From Myxococcota bacterium (GTDB lineage Bacteria; Myxococcota_A; UBA9160; UBA6930), in contig OZ245015.1 of NCBI GenBank assembly GCA_965223705.1, positions 2,240,001 through 2,304,000 of the forward strand: DNA of 64,000 bases, in the 5' to 3' direction. Shown here in pieces: positions 50,538-59,680 of the stretch (position 1 is its first letter; every line of letters starts with the position of its first letter). A program made the translations under genes and the position numbers. The notes beneath the pieces are model-generated. The model saw only the letters and a list, made by a program, of their open reading frames with translations, made no database searches and was not told the DNA's origin.

Positions 50538-51731
50538 ATGGCCGACCCCTTGACTCAGGCGCTGCTGACCCTTGGGATCCTGTTCTTGGCCGGCCTCGCT
50601 GCGGACCTTCTCGGCCGGCGCACGCGGCTCCCGCGGGTGACCTTGCTTCTTCTGTTGGGCGTCGGCGCCGGCCCTGTCGGGTTGAATCTCATCCCCCAGG
50701 AGGGCGCTGCCTGGTACCCGTTCGTCGCCAATCTGGCGCTCTTGATGGTGGCCTTCCTCTTGGGAGGTGAGCTCCGGCTTCCCGTCTTGCGTCGGCACGG
50801 GCGGGCCGTTCTCCTCATTTCTCTCACCGTGGTTTTCGCGACGGTTGTGATCGTTTCGTTGGGGCTCGTCGCGCTCGGATGGCCCGTCGAGATCGCCCTA
50901 CTCCTCGGCGCGACTGCGACCGCGACCGATCCGGCAGCCGTAACCGATGTCGTGCGGGAGGCGCGTGCCAGGGGCCCCTTCACCACCACGCTCCTCGGTG
51001 TGGTGGCCGTCGACGACGCGTGGGCGCTCGCCGCGTTGAGCTTTGCCTTCGCTTCGGTGCTCGCAATGACGAGCCCCGAAGCGGCGCAGTCCGTGGTCCT
51101 CACCGGTGTCATCGATCTCGTCGGCGCGGTTCTCCTCGGTTGCGCCTTGGGCATTCCGATGGCGCTGCTGACCGGCCGGATCCGCGCCGGCGAGCCCACG
51201 CAAGCCGAGGCGTTGGGCGCGGTGCTCCTCTGCGGCGGGCTCGCGCAGATGCTCGACGTCTCTTTCTTGCTGTCGGCGATGACCATGGGTGTCGTCGTCG
51301 CAAACGGCGCTCGCCATCATCGGAGGCCGTTTCGCGCGATCGAGGGCATCGAGTGGCCGTTCATGGTGCTCTTCTTCGTCCTGTCTGGAGCGTCCCTTTC
51401 CCCGGACCATCTCGCGGGGGCGGTGGGACTCACCCTTGCCTACATCGGCCTACGTGTCCTCGGGCGATGGATCGGCGGTTGGTTCGGATGTCGGTGGTCG
51501 GGGCAACCGATGTGGTCGAGCACCGTCGGTTTTGCCCTCTTGCCTCAAGCGGGGATCGCCATCGGCATGGCGCTGGTTGTTTCGCAGCACCTACCCGGGG
51601 TCGACGGCGTGATACTCACAACGACCGTGACCGCCACCGTGTTGTTCGAGCTCGTGGGGCCCGTTTTGACCCGGATGAGCTTGGTGCGGGTCGGAGAGGT
51701 CGGGACCGCTTCGGAGGCCCGCGCGGAGTGA
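50538..51731 (+). CDS. Cation:proton antiporter (Kef/CPA2-like), possibly leaderless
   Basis: Many TMs; LPRVT, ATDPAA, VAVDDA, FFVLSGA, LLPQAGIAIGMAL; TATATT ends 6 nt before ATG. Confidence 0.9.
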   Translation: MADPLTQALLTLGILFLAGLAADLLGRRTRLPRVTLLLLLGVGAGPVGLNLIPQEGAAWYPFVANLALLMVAFLLGGELRLPVLRRHGRAVLLISLTVVFATVVIVSLGLVALGWPVEIALLLGATATATDPAAVTDVVREARARGPFTTTLLGVVAVDDAWALAALSFAFASVLAMTSPEAAQSVVLTGVIDLVGAVLLGCALGIPMALLTGRIRAGEPTQAEALGAVLLCGGLAQMLDVSFLLSAMTMGVVVANGARHHRRPFRAIEGIEWPFMVLFFVLSGASLSPDHLAGAVGLTLAYIGLRVLGRWIGGWFGCRWSGQPMWSSTVGFALLPQAGIAIGMALVVSQHLPGVDGVILTTTVTATVLFELVGPVLTRMSLVRVGEVGTASEARAE

Positions 51732-51743
51732 GGCTCGCGGCCG

Positions 51744-52619
51744 CTACGACGATGAAGGCATCTTTCCGTTCCCCAGCATTCGCTCCGCTTTTTCGAAATC
51801 CACCAACCAGAGGCGCCCGCCCAGGATCGGCGCCGGGTCGTAGCTGGTGTAGCCGAGCAGTTGCTGAACGCGCGGTGAAAAAGTTTTTGCCAAGTCAAAG
51901 GGAATCATGAGCGGTGAAGCTTCCTCGGGTCGCAGCCAGCCGAGCACGAAACTCAAGTGCAAGCCGCGCCGCCACCCGTCGGAGCGATTGGCGCCCGCGC
52001 CGTGCACTACTTTCCCGCTGTAGAGGAGCGCACTACCGGCGCGCATCTCGGCGGGGATGGTTTCCTCGGGTTTGCCGTCCATCACATCGAACGACTCCCA
52101 GCGGTGACTTCCCGGGGTCACCCGTGTGGCGCCGTTTGCTTCATGGAAGTCACTCAGCGCGAAGATGGAGCTCACCGTGACCTCGGGCGCCGCCGCTCCT
52201 TGAGCGGCGAACGCGGGCCAGTTGCCCATGTCGCGGTGGAGCATCTGAGCCTGCTCGCCGGGGCCTACGATCATCGCCTGGCCGGTGTTGAGCCAGTAGG
52301 ATCCCGCGTTGGGGAGGAGTGCCGAGTCGGCGTAGGCGCCGAGCACCTCGTGCTCGAGGAGCTCGACAAAGACGGGGCTACGAGCGGCGAGGCCCGTAAA
52401 GCGTACGGTGGGGGAACCGTGAAATGCCTCCCAGAGTGTGCTCCCGCTGCGAGAACCGGGAGGGGTCGTTGCTATGGCTCCATCGAGTTCGCGGTTCAGC
52501 GATGCGAGGCGATCCGGGGCGATCATGTCCTCGACGATCGCCGCGCCGTCGTGCTCGATCGCGTCGAGAATTTCGGGGATCGGTGTGTTTCGCGGGAACG
52601 TCTGCAGCGACGCGCTCAC
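51744..52619 (-). CDS. Phytanoyl-CoA dioxygenase (PhyH) family Fe/2OG oxygenase
   Basis: QMLHRD, ALSDFHEANGATRV.PGSH, VHGAGAN...R, LGWLRPEE; GTG start overlaps styC-like stop. Confidence 0.9.
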   Translation of the reverse strand: MSASLQTFPRNTPIPEILDAIEHDGAAIVEDMIAPDRLASLNRELDGAIATTPPGSRSGSTLWEAFHGSPTVRFTGLAARSPVFVELLEHEVLGAYADSALLPNAGSYWLNTGQAMIVGPGEQAQMLHRDMGNWPAFAAQGAAAPEVTVSSIFALSDFHEANGATRVTPGSHRWESFDVMDGKPEETIPAEMRAGSALLYSGKVVHGAGANRSDGWRRGLHLSFVLGWLRPEEASPLMIPFDLAKTFSPRVQQLLGYTSYDPAPILGGRLWLVDFEKAERMLGNGKMPSSS

Positions 52620-53098
52620 GGAGTTTCACCCTTCGCGCCGAGCACGCCCCGCGCGGCCACCCAGAGCAGGAACACGACGAGAAAGACGCTCGGCAGGCCC
52701 GGCAGAAAGCCCAAGACGCTCAGCCAATCCGCTTCGCCGAGCGGGCTGTCGCCGAAAGTCAGCGAACGGTTGCCCGCTGCGTTTCCGATCCAGTAGAAGA
52801 CCGTGAAGGACCAAGCGATGTAGATGAAACCCCAGGCGGTCCACGTCTGCATGCGCGCGCTCAAATTGAGCTTTGGCAGGGCGAGGGCCACCACGACGAC
52901 CAACAGACCGTTCGTGAGGCCGCCCGAGTGCGCGCGCACCCACCCTTCCGAGCTGCCGTAGACGTCGAAGACCAGGATGTTGCCCGGAAAGATCTCGAAT
53001 CCGCCGACCAGTTTGAACATCAACATGAAGCCCGCCAGCATCGAGACAAGGATCACCAGCAGGCCGTGTCCAATCATGAGTCGTTGGTAGCGTTCCAT
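52616..53098 (-). CDS. styC: Styrene oxide isomerase (StyC/SOI)-like membrane heme protein
   Basis: Colinear with StyC as I recall it: MIGHG, LVGGFEI.PG, GS.EGW.RAHSG..NG, FY, NR.LTFG; 4 TMs. Confidence 0.85.
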   Translation of the reverse strand: MERYQRLMIGHGLLVILVSMLAGFMLMFKLVGGFEIFPGNILVFDVYGSSEGWVRAHSGGLTNGLLVVVVALALPKLNLSARMQTWTAWGFIYIAWSFTVFYWIGNAAGNRSLTFGDSPLGEADWLSVLGFLPGLPSVFLVVFLLWVAARGVLGAKGETP

Positions 53099-53109
53099 CT
53101 CTCGTCACC

Positions 53110-54027
53110 TCATGCGCGGCTTTTGAAGGGCACTGGAATATCGGGGTCGTCCGTGTCGATGAGTGGAAGCGGAGCATCCGGTGGGAGCGTCTTGTGACCC
53201 GCCACCCAAGCCTTTTGCCACTCGGGATCTTCGTCGACGCGCGGATTGTGTCGCGGCGAGAGCGCCCGTAGGAGGTACGGCCCCACGTTCCATACCATCG
53301 ATCCGATCTCGCGGGCGGTCTCCCACATCGTCGCGGGTCGCCCCCACAGCCCGTCTTTCCGAAGTGCCGTGACCATGGCGATCAAGCCGTAACCCAGCAC
53401 GTGAAAGGAGCCGTGGAAGACACCGAGGGCGCGCGGCCAGTAGCGCCCCGAGTAAGCCATGTAGGCATCGAAAGCGACGGTCTTGTGTTCGGTTTCCTCG
53501 ACCATGTGCATGACCCAGAACGAGGCCACCCAGGGGCAGTTGCCGCCCCAGAGCTCCCGCCGCCGGTTGATGAACCAGCGAGTGAAACCGTTCGTCATCG
53601 TCTCGAACCCGGCGTTGTAAGCCAGCTGCGTCTCGAGTGACCGACTGAGTAGCCGCTCGTAGGATGCCTCCATGCGGTCCTCGACGTCGGCGAGCTCGGG
53701 GTAGCCGTTTTTCTTGATCAGTTCGTTCAGGCGGCGGTGGCATTGGTAGTGCTTCGCTTCCTGGCCGTTGAAGCCGCGAATGTCCTCGAGAAGCCGCGGT
53801 TCTTCGATGTGCTTTGCCGCCGCGCGCATGGATTTGATCAAGTAGGGCTCGAGGTAGGGCATCGTCAGCGAGAACCCGTTGAACATGTGCGAGCGCACGC
53901 GCGCGCCCGGCGCCCAGACCGGGTCGAGATCGTCCGGGAATTCGAAGTTGAAGTTCCGGATGAGGATCTCGTCGACTTGCTTCGGTTCGTATCGGTAGTT
54001 CGGATTCGGCGCGAGGGCTGCGGACAT
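53110..54027 (-). CDS. Predicted metal-dependent hydrolase family protein (ferritin-like, diiron-type motifs)
   Basis: FSLTMPYLEPY, GFNGQEAKH...H, GFETMT, HMVEETEHKTVAFD; AAAGGTGA RBS before ATG 54027; TACAAT -10-like element at 54055-54060. Confidence 0.85.
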   Translation of the reverse strand: MSAALAPNPNYRYEPKQVDEILIRNFNFEFPDDLDPVWAPGARVRSHMFNGFSLTMPYLEPYLIKSMRAAAKHIEEPRLLEDIRGFNGQEAKHYQCHRRLNELIKKNGYPELADVEDRMEASYERLLSRSLETQLAYNAGFETMTNGFTRWFINRRRELWGGNCPWVASFWVMHMVEETEHKTVAFDAYMAYSGRYWPRALGVFHGSFHVLGYGLIAMVTALRKDGLWGRPATMWETAREIGSMVWNVGPYLLRALSPRHNPRVDEDPEWQKAWVAGHKTLPPDAPLPLIDTDDPDIPVPFKSRA

Positions 54028-54071
54028 AGGCGTCACCTTTCTGCCGGGGCCCGTATTGTACGCGACACGGG

Positions 54072-54986
54072 CTAGCGCCAGTCGTCGATGACGAAATCCT
54101 CATCGCCCGCCCAAAGCGGGGGGCCGGGCCGGTGCATGGCGACACCGCTAATGACGGGCTGATAGCCCCGTCTTAGGAGCATCTCGTAGGCCCGGCGACG
54201 CCCCACGTTCATGCCCGCTACCAACAACTTCGACCCCCGGCGGCGCGCGAGGGCTTCGCAGCTGTCCAGCAGGTCGGCGAAGTCGGCGGAAGCCGTCGCC
54301 CCTCGGCGAACCGCGCCGAACTTCACGTAGCACGTGTCCGAACCAGCCTCGCTGTTCGCTCCTTCGTGGCACACCGCGAAGCCGTTGCGAGAGTCCGTGA
54401 GCACGCCATAACCCAATTCGAGGCGCGCGGCCGCATCGAGTTCGTGGCTTAGGTCGAGTCCCGGCGACACCTCCTCGGCGATCGATCGGCAGCACGCGGT
54501 GTCACAGTCGATCGGACCTCGATTCCCGTCGATCGTTCCGCGAGGGTCGAGTGGTTTCTGGAAGATGACGTTCAACATTCCGGGTCGAAAGTCGAAACTC
54601 TGATAGAACGAGATGTGCTTCACGCTGTGAGGGAACGTGAACAAGCCGCTCCCGGCGAGCTCCCACGAATCGAGCAGAGCGATGACGGGCTCCATCAAGG
54701 GCCTCGCAAAGCCCCGGCCCCAGTATTTCGGGTGGACGCTCAGTGGCCCGAAAAAGGCGAACCGCCCCCAGCGCGTCGCCAGGTTGCTCCCGACGAGCTC
54801 TCCTTCCATAAATGCGCCAAAGGCCTGTTCGGGCTGGCTTCGCCACCGCGACGCGACAAACGAGCTGTCACCGCCGAAAGATTCCGGTTCGGGTAGGCCG
54901 ACGAAGGTTCCAAACGCGAGACGCATCACGCGTTCGGCTTCCCGTAGGTCGTCGGGTTCTAGAGGTCGGATATCCAGTTCTGCCAT
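54072..54986 (-). CDS. GNAT family N-acetyltransferase (two-domain)
   Basis: FGPLSVHPKYWGRGFA, FYQSFDF; start re-picked at MAELDIRP. Confidence 0.85.
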   Translation of the reverse strand: MAELDIRPLEPDDLREAERVMRLAFGTFVGLPEPESFGGDSSFVASRWRSQPEQAFGAFMEGELVGSNLATRWGRFAFFGPLSVHPKYWGRGFARPLMEPVIALLDSWELAGSGLFTFPHSVKHISFYQSFDFRPGMLNVIFQKPLDPRGTIDGNRGPIDCDTACCRSIAEEVSPGLDLSHELDAAARLELGYGVLTDSRNGFAVCHEGANSEAGSDTCYVKFGAVRRGATASADFADLLDSCEALARRRGSKLLVAGMNVGRRRAYEMLLRRGYQPVISGVAMHRPGPPLWAGDEDFVIDDWR

Positions 54987-55053
54987 CGGTAAAAGCGTAG
55001 CGCCGACTGGCGAGGAGTTTTCAACCCGTGCCGATTGGGTGTATGTGATGGGT

Positions 55054-57135
55054 ATGAAAACCGCTCTCCTACGCCTCCTCGGTCTCGTGATGCTCGTGAG
55101 CACGGCTTCCCACGCCTTCGACGCAGCGGATCTCGACGACGAAGAGAACGGCGAGAACTGGCTGGCCCACGGCCGCACCCATAGCGAGCAGCGCTATTCG
55201 CCGCTCGCGGAGATCAACGCGGAGAACATCGGGCAGCTCGGGCTCGCGTGGTCGCTCGACTTGCCCGACGCCCGGCAACTGGTGGGTACGCCGCTCGCGG
55301 TCGACGGAATTCTCTACGTCACGTCGAGTTTCAGCGTCGTCACCGCGATCGATGCGCGCGAGAAGAAGGTCCTCTGGACGTACGACCCGAAGGTTCCCGA
55401 GCACGCCGGCGAAACACTTCGGGTTCTCTGGGGCACGAGTCGCGGCGTCGCTTATTGGAACAACAAGATCTACGTGGCCGCCGGAGATGGACGGCTCATC
55501 GCCGTCGACGCAAAGACCGGCGAAGAGATCTGGACCGCACAGACGACAGAGCCCGGCAGCCACTATTTCGTCACCGGTGCGCCGCGCGCGTTCCGAGGCA
55601 AAGTCATCATCGGGAACGGGGGAACCGAGAACGGCCCGTCCAGAGGGTACGTGACGGCCTACGACGCGGAAACCGGCGTGCAAGCCTGGCGTTTTTGGCT
55701 GGTGCCGGGAAATCCCGCGGACGGTTTCGAGGATGAGGCGATGCGGATGGCCGCAAAGACGTGGACCGGCGAGTGGTGGAAGCACGGCGGTGGGGGCAAC
55801 GCATGGAACGCGATTACGTACGACCCCGACTTCAACCACATCTACATCGGGACCGGGAACGGATCGCCGTGGAACCAGAAGATTCGAAGCCCGGGCGGAG
55901 GCGACAACCTTTTTCTGTGTTCCATTGTCGCCGTCGATGCGGACACCGGAAAGTACAAGTGGCACTACCAGACGGTTCCGGGCGAAACCTGGGACTTCAA
56001 TTCTGCGATGGACATCGTTTCCGTCGACTTGGAAGTGAACGGGTATCCCTTAAAGACGATCATGCACGCTCCGAAGAACGCGTTCTTCTACATCCTCAAT
56101 CGCGAGAACGGCAATTTGTTGAGCGCGAAGCCGTTCGCGAAAACGACCTGGGCCACGGAAATCGACGAGAAAAGCGGCCGGCCCGTCGAGGTGCCGGGGT
56201 CGCGATACGAAGACGGCGAGGTCACGATCTGGCCCGGGCCGGCCGGGGCCCACAACTGGCAACCCATGTCGTGGAACCCGAAGACGAAGTTGATGTACTT
56301 CCCGTTCCAAGATCTGCCGGGCTACTACAACGACCGAGGGATTCGCCCGGCCGAGTGGCGAGCCAAGCCACACGAGATGCACACCGGCGTCGCGTACGCC
56401 ACCGAGGACGCGCCGCCGGACAGCGGCACGAGCGGCGTGATGGCTTGGGATCCGCTGCTTCAAAGGGTTGCGTGGAAGCACGAGACGCCGGGCATCTTCA
56501 ACGGCGGCACCATGACAACCGGCGGCAACCTGATGTTCCACGGGCAGGCCGACGGTCGGTTCATCGCGTATCGCGCCACAGACGGCAAGAAAGTCTGGGA
56601 ATACGACGCGAAACACGGCATCGCGGCTGCCCCGATCTCCTACGAGGTCAACGGCCGACAACATGTCGCCGTGCCCGTGGGCTGGGGCGGTGGGCTGTCC
56701 ATGATGGGCGGCTCGCTCAGTGCGCAGCACGGTTGGGCCTATGGCGCCCATCCTCGTAGGCTCCTGGTTTTTGCGCTCGGCGGCGAGGCGTCGCTGCCTG
56801 AGACACCCGGGCCCGTCTTTGTGAAGCCTCTCGACGATCCGTCCTTCGAAATCGATCCCGCTTTGGCGGAGCGCGGCAAGGCTCTCTTTACCGAGAACTG
56901 CACGTGGTGCCACGGACCGGGGGCGGTCTCCGGCGGCGGCACGCCGGACCTCCGCGCATCGCCGATCCTGTTCGATCCGACCGCGCTCAATAGAATCGTG
57001 ACCGATGGCGAGCGGATCCGGCGCGGGATGCCCAAGATCGCAACGCTCGGCGCCGAAGATCTCGAGGCGATCCGGCACTTCGTCAGGCACCGTGCACGAG
57101 AAGACCTGAACGCCGCTTCAGCAACCACTCGCTGA
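55054..57135 (+). CDS. PQQ-dependent quinohemoprotein dehydrogenase (type II ADH-like), paralogue of 26235..28325
   Basis: Signal peptide ...ASHA, RYSPL.EI, GNGGTE, YIGTGNGSPW, PGETWDF, CTWCH. Confidence 0.93.
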   Translation: MKTALLRLLGLVMLVSTASHAFDAADLDDEENGENWLAHGRTHSEQRYSPLAEINAENIGQLGLAWSLDLPDARQLVGTPLAVDGILYVTSSFSVVTAIDAREKKVLWTYDPKVPEHAGETLRVLWGTSRGVAYWNNKIYVAAGDGRLIAVDAKTGEEIWTAQTTEPGSHYFVTGAPRAFRGKVIIGNGGTENGPSRGYVTAYDAETGVQAWRFWLVPGNPADGFEDEAMRMAAKTWTGEWWKHGGGGNAWNAITYDPDFNHIYIGTGNGSPWNQKIRSPGGGDNLFLCSIVAVDADTGKYKWHYQTVPGETWDFNSAMDIVSVDLEVNGYPLKTIMHAPKNAFFYILNRENGNLLSAKPFAKTTWATEIDEKSGRPVEVPGSRYEDGEVTIWPGPAGAHNWQPMSWNPKTKLMYFPFQDLPGYYNDRGIRPAEWRAKPHEMHTGVAYATEDAPPDSGTSGVMAWDPLLQRVAWKHETPGIFNGGTMTTGGNLMFHGQADGRFIAYRATDGKKVWEYDAKHGIAAAPISYEVNGRQHVAVPVGWGGGLSMMGGSLSAQHGWAYGAHPRRLLVFALGGEASLPETPGPVFVKPLDDPSFEIDPALAERGKALFTENCTWCHGPGAVSGGGTPDLRASPILFDPTALNRIVTDGERIRRGMPKIATLGAEDLEAIRHFVRHRAREDLNAASATTR

Positions 57136-57173
57136 CGGTTCTACACGACAATCGTTCCAGAATGGAGCCCCAC

Positions 57174-58619
57174 ATGACCACCAACCTCGCTGAACTCGAT
57201 CTCACCGCTCAGGCCGAACTCGTCCGGGACGGGGAAGTGGCACCGATCGAACTCATTGACGCGGCCATCGAGCGTCTCGAGAAAGTGAATCCCGAACTGA
57301 ACGCCGCCATTCACCTCCTCTACGAACGCGCGCGGAAGCGCGCGGCAGGTCCTTTGGCGGACGGTGCGTTTCGCGGTGTGCCTTTCGTCATGAAGGACCT
57401 CCTGGGCGGAAACGCCGGAGAGCCGCTCCACGGCGGCATGCGCGCACTCAAAGAGGCGAACTTTGTCGCGCCGGTCGACAGCTACCTGGCGGAGAAGTTT
57501 CGCGATGCGGGCCTCATCACCATTGCGAAAACGAACACGCCCGAGTGGGGGCTCGCGGGAACGACGGAACCGCAAGCGTACGGCGCTTCGAAGAATCCCT
57601 GGGATTCGACGCGATCTCCCGGGGGCTCGAGCGGCGGTAGTGCGGCCGCGGTCGCGGCCCGCGTTGTCGCTGCGGGGCACGGCGGCGACGGCGGCGGCTC
57701 GCTCCGTATTCCCGCGAGCGCTTGCGGAATCGTCGGGCTCAAGCCGACGCGCGGCCGTGTCTCGGGCGGCCCGCTCTACGGCGAGATCTGGCACGGCTTC
57801 GCCACCGAAGGTGCCATGACGCGGAGCGTGCGCGACATGGCGGGCCTGCTCGACGTCATGGCGGGACGGATGCCGGGCGATCCGTACTCTCCGGCGCCTC
57901 CGGACCGGCCCTACCGCACGGTGATGGACGAGGACCCAGGCAGTTTGAGGATCGGTTTTTTCGCATCCCCACCCTGGGGAACGGATCGCCTGCACACCGA
58001 TTGCCGCGCTGCGGCCGACGCGGCGGCAAAGGTTCTGGGCTCACTTGGTCATCGTGTAGAAGATCGGTACCCCGGCGCCTACGACGATCCCGACTTCATG
58101 AGTCAGTTCGGTCGGATTATCGTCGCTCAGGCGACACGGAGTCTGGACTCGATCGCCGCGATGATGGGGCGCGAGCTCGGCCCCGAGGCGGTCGAAGCGT
58201 ACACGTGGTGGTTTATCGAACAGGGGCGTCGCGTCTCGGCGGCGGAATACTTGGCGTCGGTCGATTGGATCCAGAGCTTCAGCCGTCGGATGGCGGCATT
58301 CTGGGCTGAGGGATTCGACCTGCTCTTGACGCCCACCCTCGCGGAGCCGCCGCCCAAGCTCGGCGAGATGACGAATCCCAGTCAGGATCCAGCGGTGGTG
58401 TGGGCGCGCAATCTCGAGGTCATTCCTTTTACGCCAGCGCAAAACGCGACCGGCCAACCGGCGATCAGCTTGCCCCTCTACTGGAGCGACAACGGACTCC
58501 CCATCGGCGTTCAACTCGTCGCCGATTTCGGGCGTGAGGATCTGTTGCTTCAGGTCGCGGCCCAGCTCGAGGCCGCACAGCCTTGGGCGGGGCGTGTCCC
58601 GCCGATCGCTGCAGCCTAA
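57174..58619 (+). CDS. Amidase (amidase signature family)
   Basis: GVPFVMKD, KTNTPE, GGSSGGSAAAVAA, DGGGSLRIPAS, GLKPTRGR. Confidence 0.95.
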   Translation: MTTNLAELDLTAQAELVRDGEVAPIELIDAAIERLEKVNPELNAAIHLLYERARKRAAGPLADGAFRGVPFVMKDLLGGNAGEPLHGGMRALKEANFVAPVDSYLAEKFRDAGLITIAKTNTPEWGLAGTTEPQAYGASKNPWDSTRSPGGSSGGSAAAVAARVVAAGHGGDGGGSLRIPASACGIVGLKPTRGRVSGGPLYGEIWHGFATEGAMTRSVRDMAGLLDVMAGRMPGDPYSPAPPDRPYRTVMDEDPGSLRIGFFASPPWGTDRLHTDCRAAADAAAKVLGSLGHRVEDRYPGAYDDPDFMSQFGRIIVAQATRSLDSIAAMMGRELGPEAVEAYTWWFIEQGRRVSAAEYLASVDWIQSFSRRMAAFWAEGFDLLLTPTLAEPPPKLGEMTNPSQDPAVVWARNLEVIPFTPAQNATGQPAISLPLYWSDNGLPIGVQLVADFGREDLLLQVAAQLEAAQPWAGRVPPIAAA

Positions 58620-58676
58620 GCCGGGCGCGTCTCATTGTGAGATGATGGCGGGGGAATACAACTCAGGAGGCCTCCC

Positions 58677-59276
58677 ATGACGATCCATTCGTGCTTCTCC
58701 CCACGCTACGCCTTGATGGGGCTTGCGGCGCTCTTCGCGTTCGGCGTCGGCGCCCAACCCGCCGAGGCGAACCACTCACTCCGGACCCGACAGCAGTTGG
58801 TGGACCTCATGCTCTGCTACGCACGCGGTACCGATGCCATCGGCGATTCGACGCGTGCAGATCCCGCCGGTGACGGCGCCGACATCTACTCCGAGTGCTT
58901 TACCGACGACGCCGTCTTTCGCGCCTGGTTCCCGGGAACCGACTTCAGTGACGAATCCCAGGCGGTGACCGTCGGGCCTGGCGATGGGCAGACGGGGCCC
59001 GAGGCCTGGGCTGGCTTCGTGTTCAGCGTCTTCGACGGGACGTACACGTTTACCCAGCATTCTCTCAGTAACTTCGATGTCAAGGTGAAGGGTCGTCACG
59101 CGATGCTCGAGGCCTACCTCAACGCGGCGCATGTCGCGCAGGACGGCGAAGCTGTGACTCAGGTCGACGTCGCTCATGGGACATATCGATTGAAGATCAA
59201 GAAGATCAGGGGGCGCTGGCGCGTGAAGCAGCTCGAGCTCCGACTGATCAACTTCACGCCGTTCTTCCAGAACTGA
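58677..59276 (+). CDS. Exported SnoaL/NTF2-like family protein
   Basis: Signal peptide ...QPAEA; YARGTD, CFTDDA, TQHSLSN, GTY..K.KK..GRW; AGGAGG RBS. Confidence 0.8.
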   Translation: MTIHSCFSPRYALMGLAALFAFGVGAQPAEANHSLRTRQQLVDLMLCYARGTDAIGDSTRADPAGDGADIYSECFTDDAVFRAWFPGTDFSDESQAVTVGPGDGQTGPEAWAGFVFSVFDGTYTFTQHSLSNFDVKVKGRHAMLEAYLNAAHVAQDGEAVTQVDVAHGTYRLKIKKIRGRWRVKQLELRLINFTPFFQN

Positions 59277-59291
59277 ACGGGGGAAACCCTC

Positions 59292-59323
59292 GCGTGCCAC
59301 CTCCCTTCGCGGAGGTGGCACGC
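59292..59323 (+). terminator. Hairpin after SnoaL gene (putative terminator or processing stem)
   Basis: GCGTGCCACCTCC-cttcgc-GGAGGTGGCACGC, 13-bp perfect stem. Confidence 0.5.
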
Positions 59324-59347
59324 TGGGGCGCACGATCGGAGAGTGCT

Positions 59348-59671
59348 GTGCAGGATTCGGGGATTCGCGTCGCGTGGTCGACCATCTCGGGTCGCGAAGC
59401 GGCCGACGCATTGGCGCGCGCTCTCGTGGAAGAGCGCGTCGCCGCGTGCGTCAACATCGTCCCGAATGTGACTTCCGTCTACCGTTGGCAGGGCCAGATC
59501 GAGACGAGCGAAGAGTTCTTGCTCCTCGTCAAGACGCGCGCTGATCGCGTCGAAAAGCTTCGCGAGCGGTTGCTCGATCTCCACCCCTACGACGTGCCTG
59601 AATTCGTCGTGTTCGACGTCGCGGAAGGCTCGGCGGGCTACCTGCGCTGGGTGGCGAGCGAAGTCCGCTAG
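59348..59671 (+). CDS. cutA: Divalent-cation tolerance protein CutA
   Basis: LVEERVAACVNI.P..TSVYRWQG, LVKT, HPYDVPE; GGAG RBS before GTG 59348. Confidence 0.93.
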   Translation: MQDSGIRVAWSTISGREAADALARALVEERVAACVNIVPNVTSVYRWQGQIETSEEFLLLVKTRADRVEKLRERLLDLHPYDVPEFVVFDVAEGSAGYLRWVASEVR

Positions 59672-59680
59672 CGCACCCGC

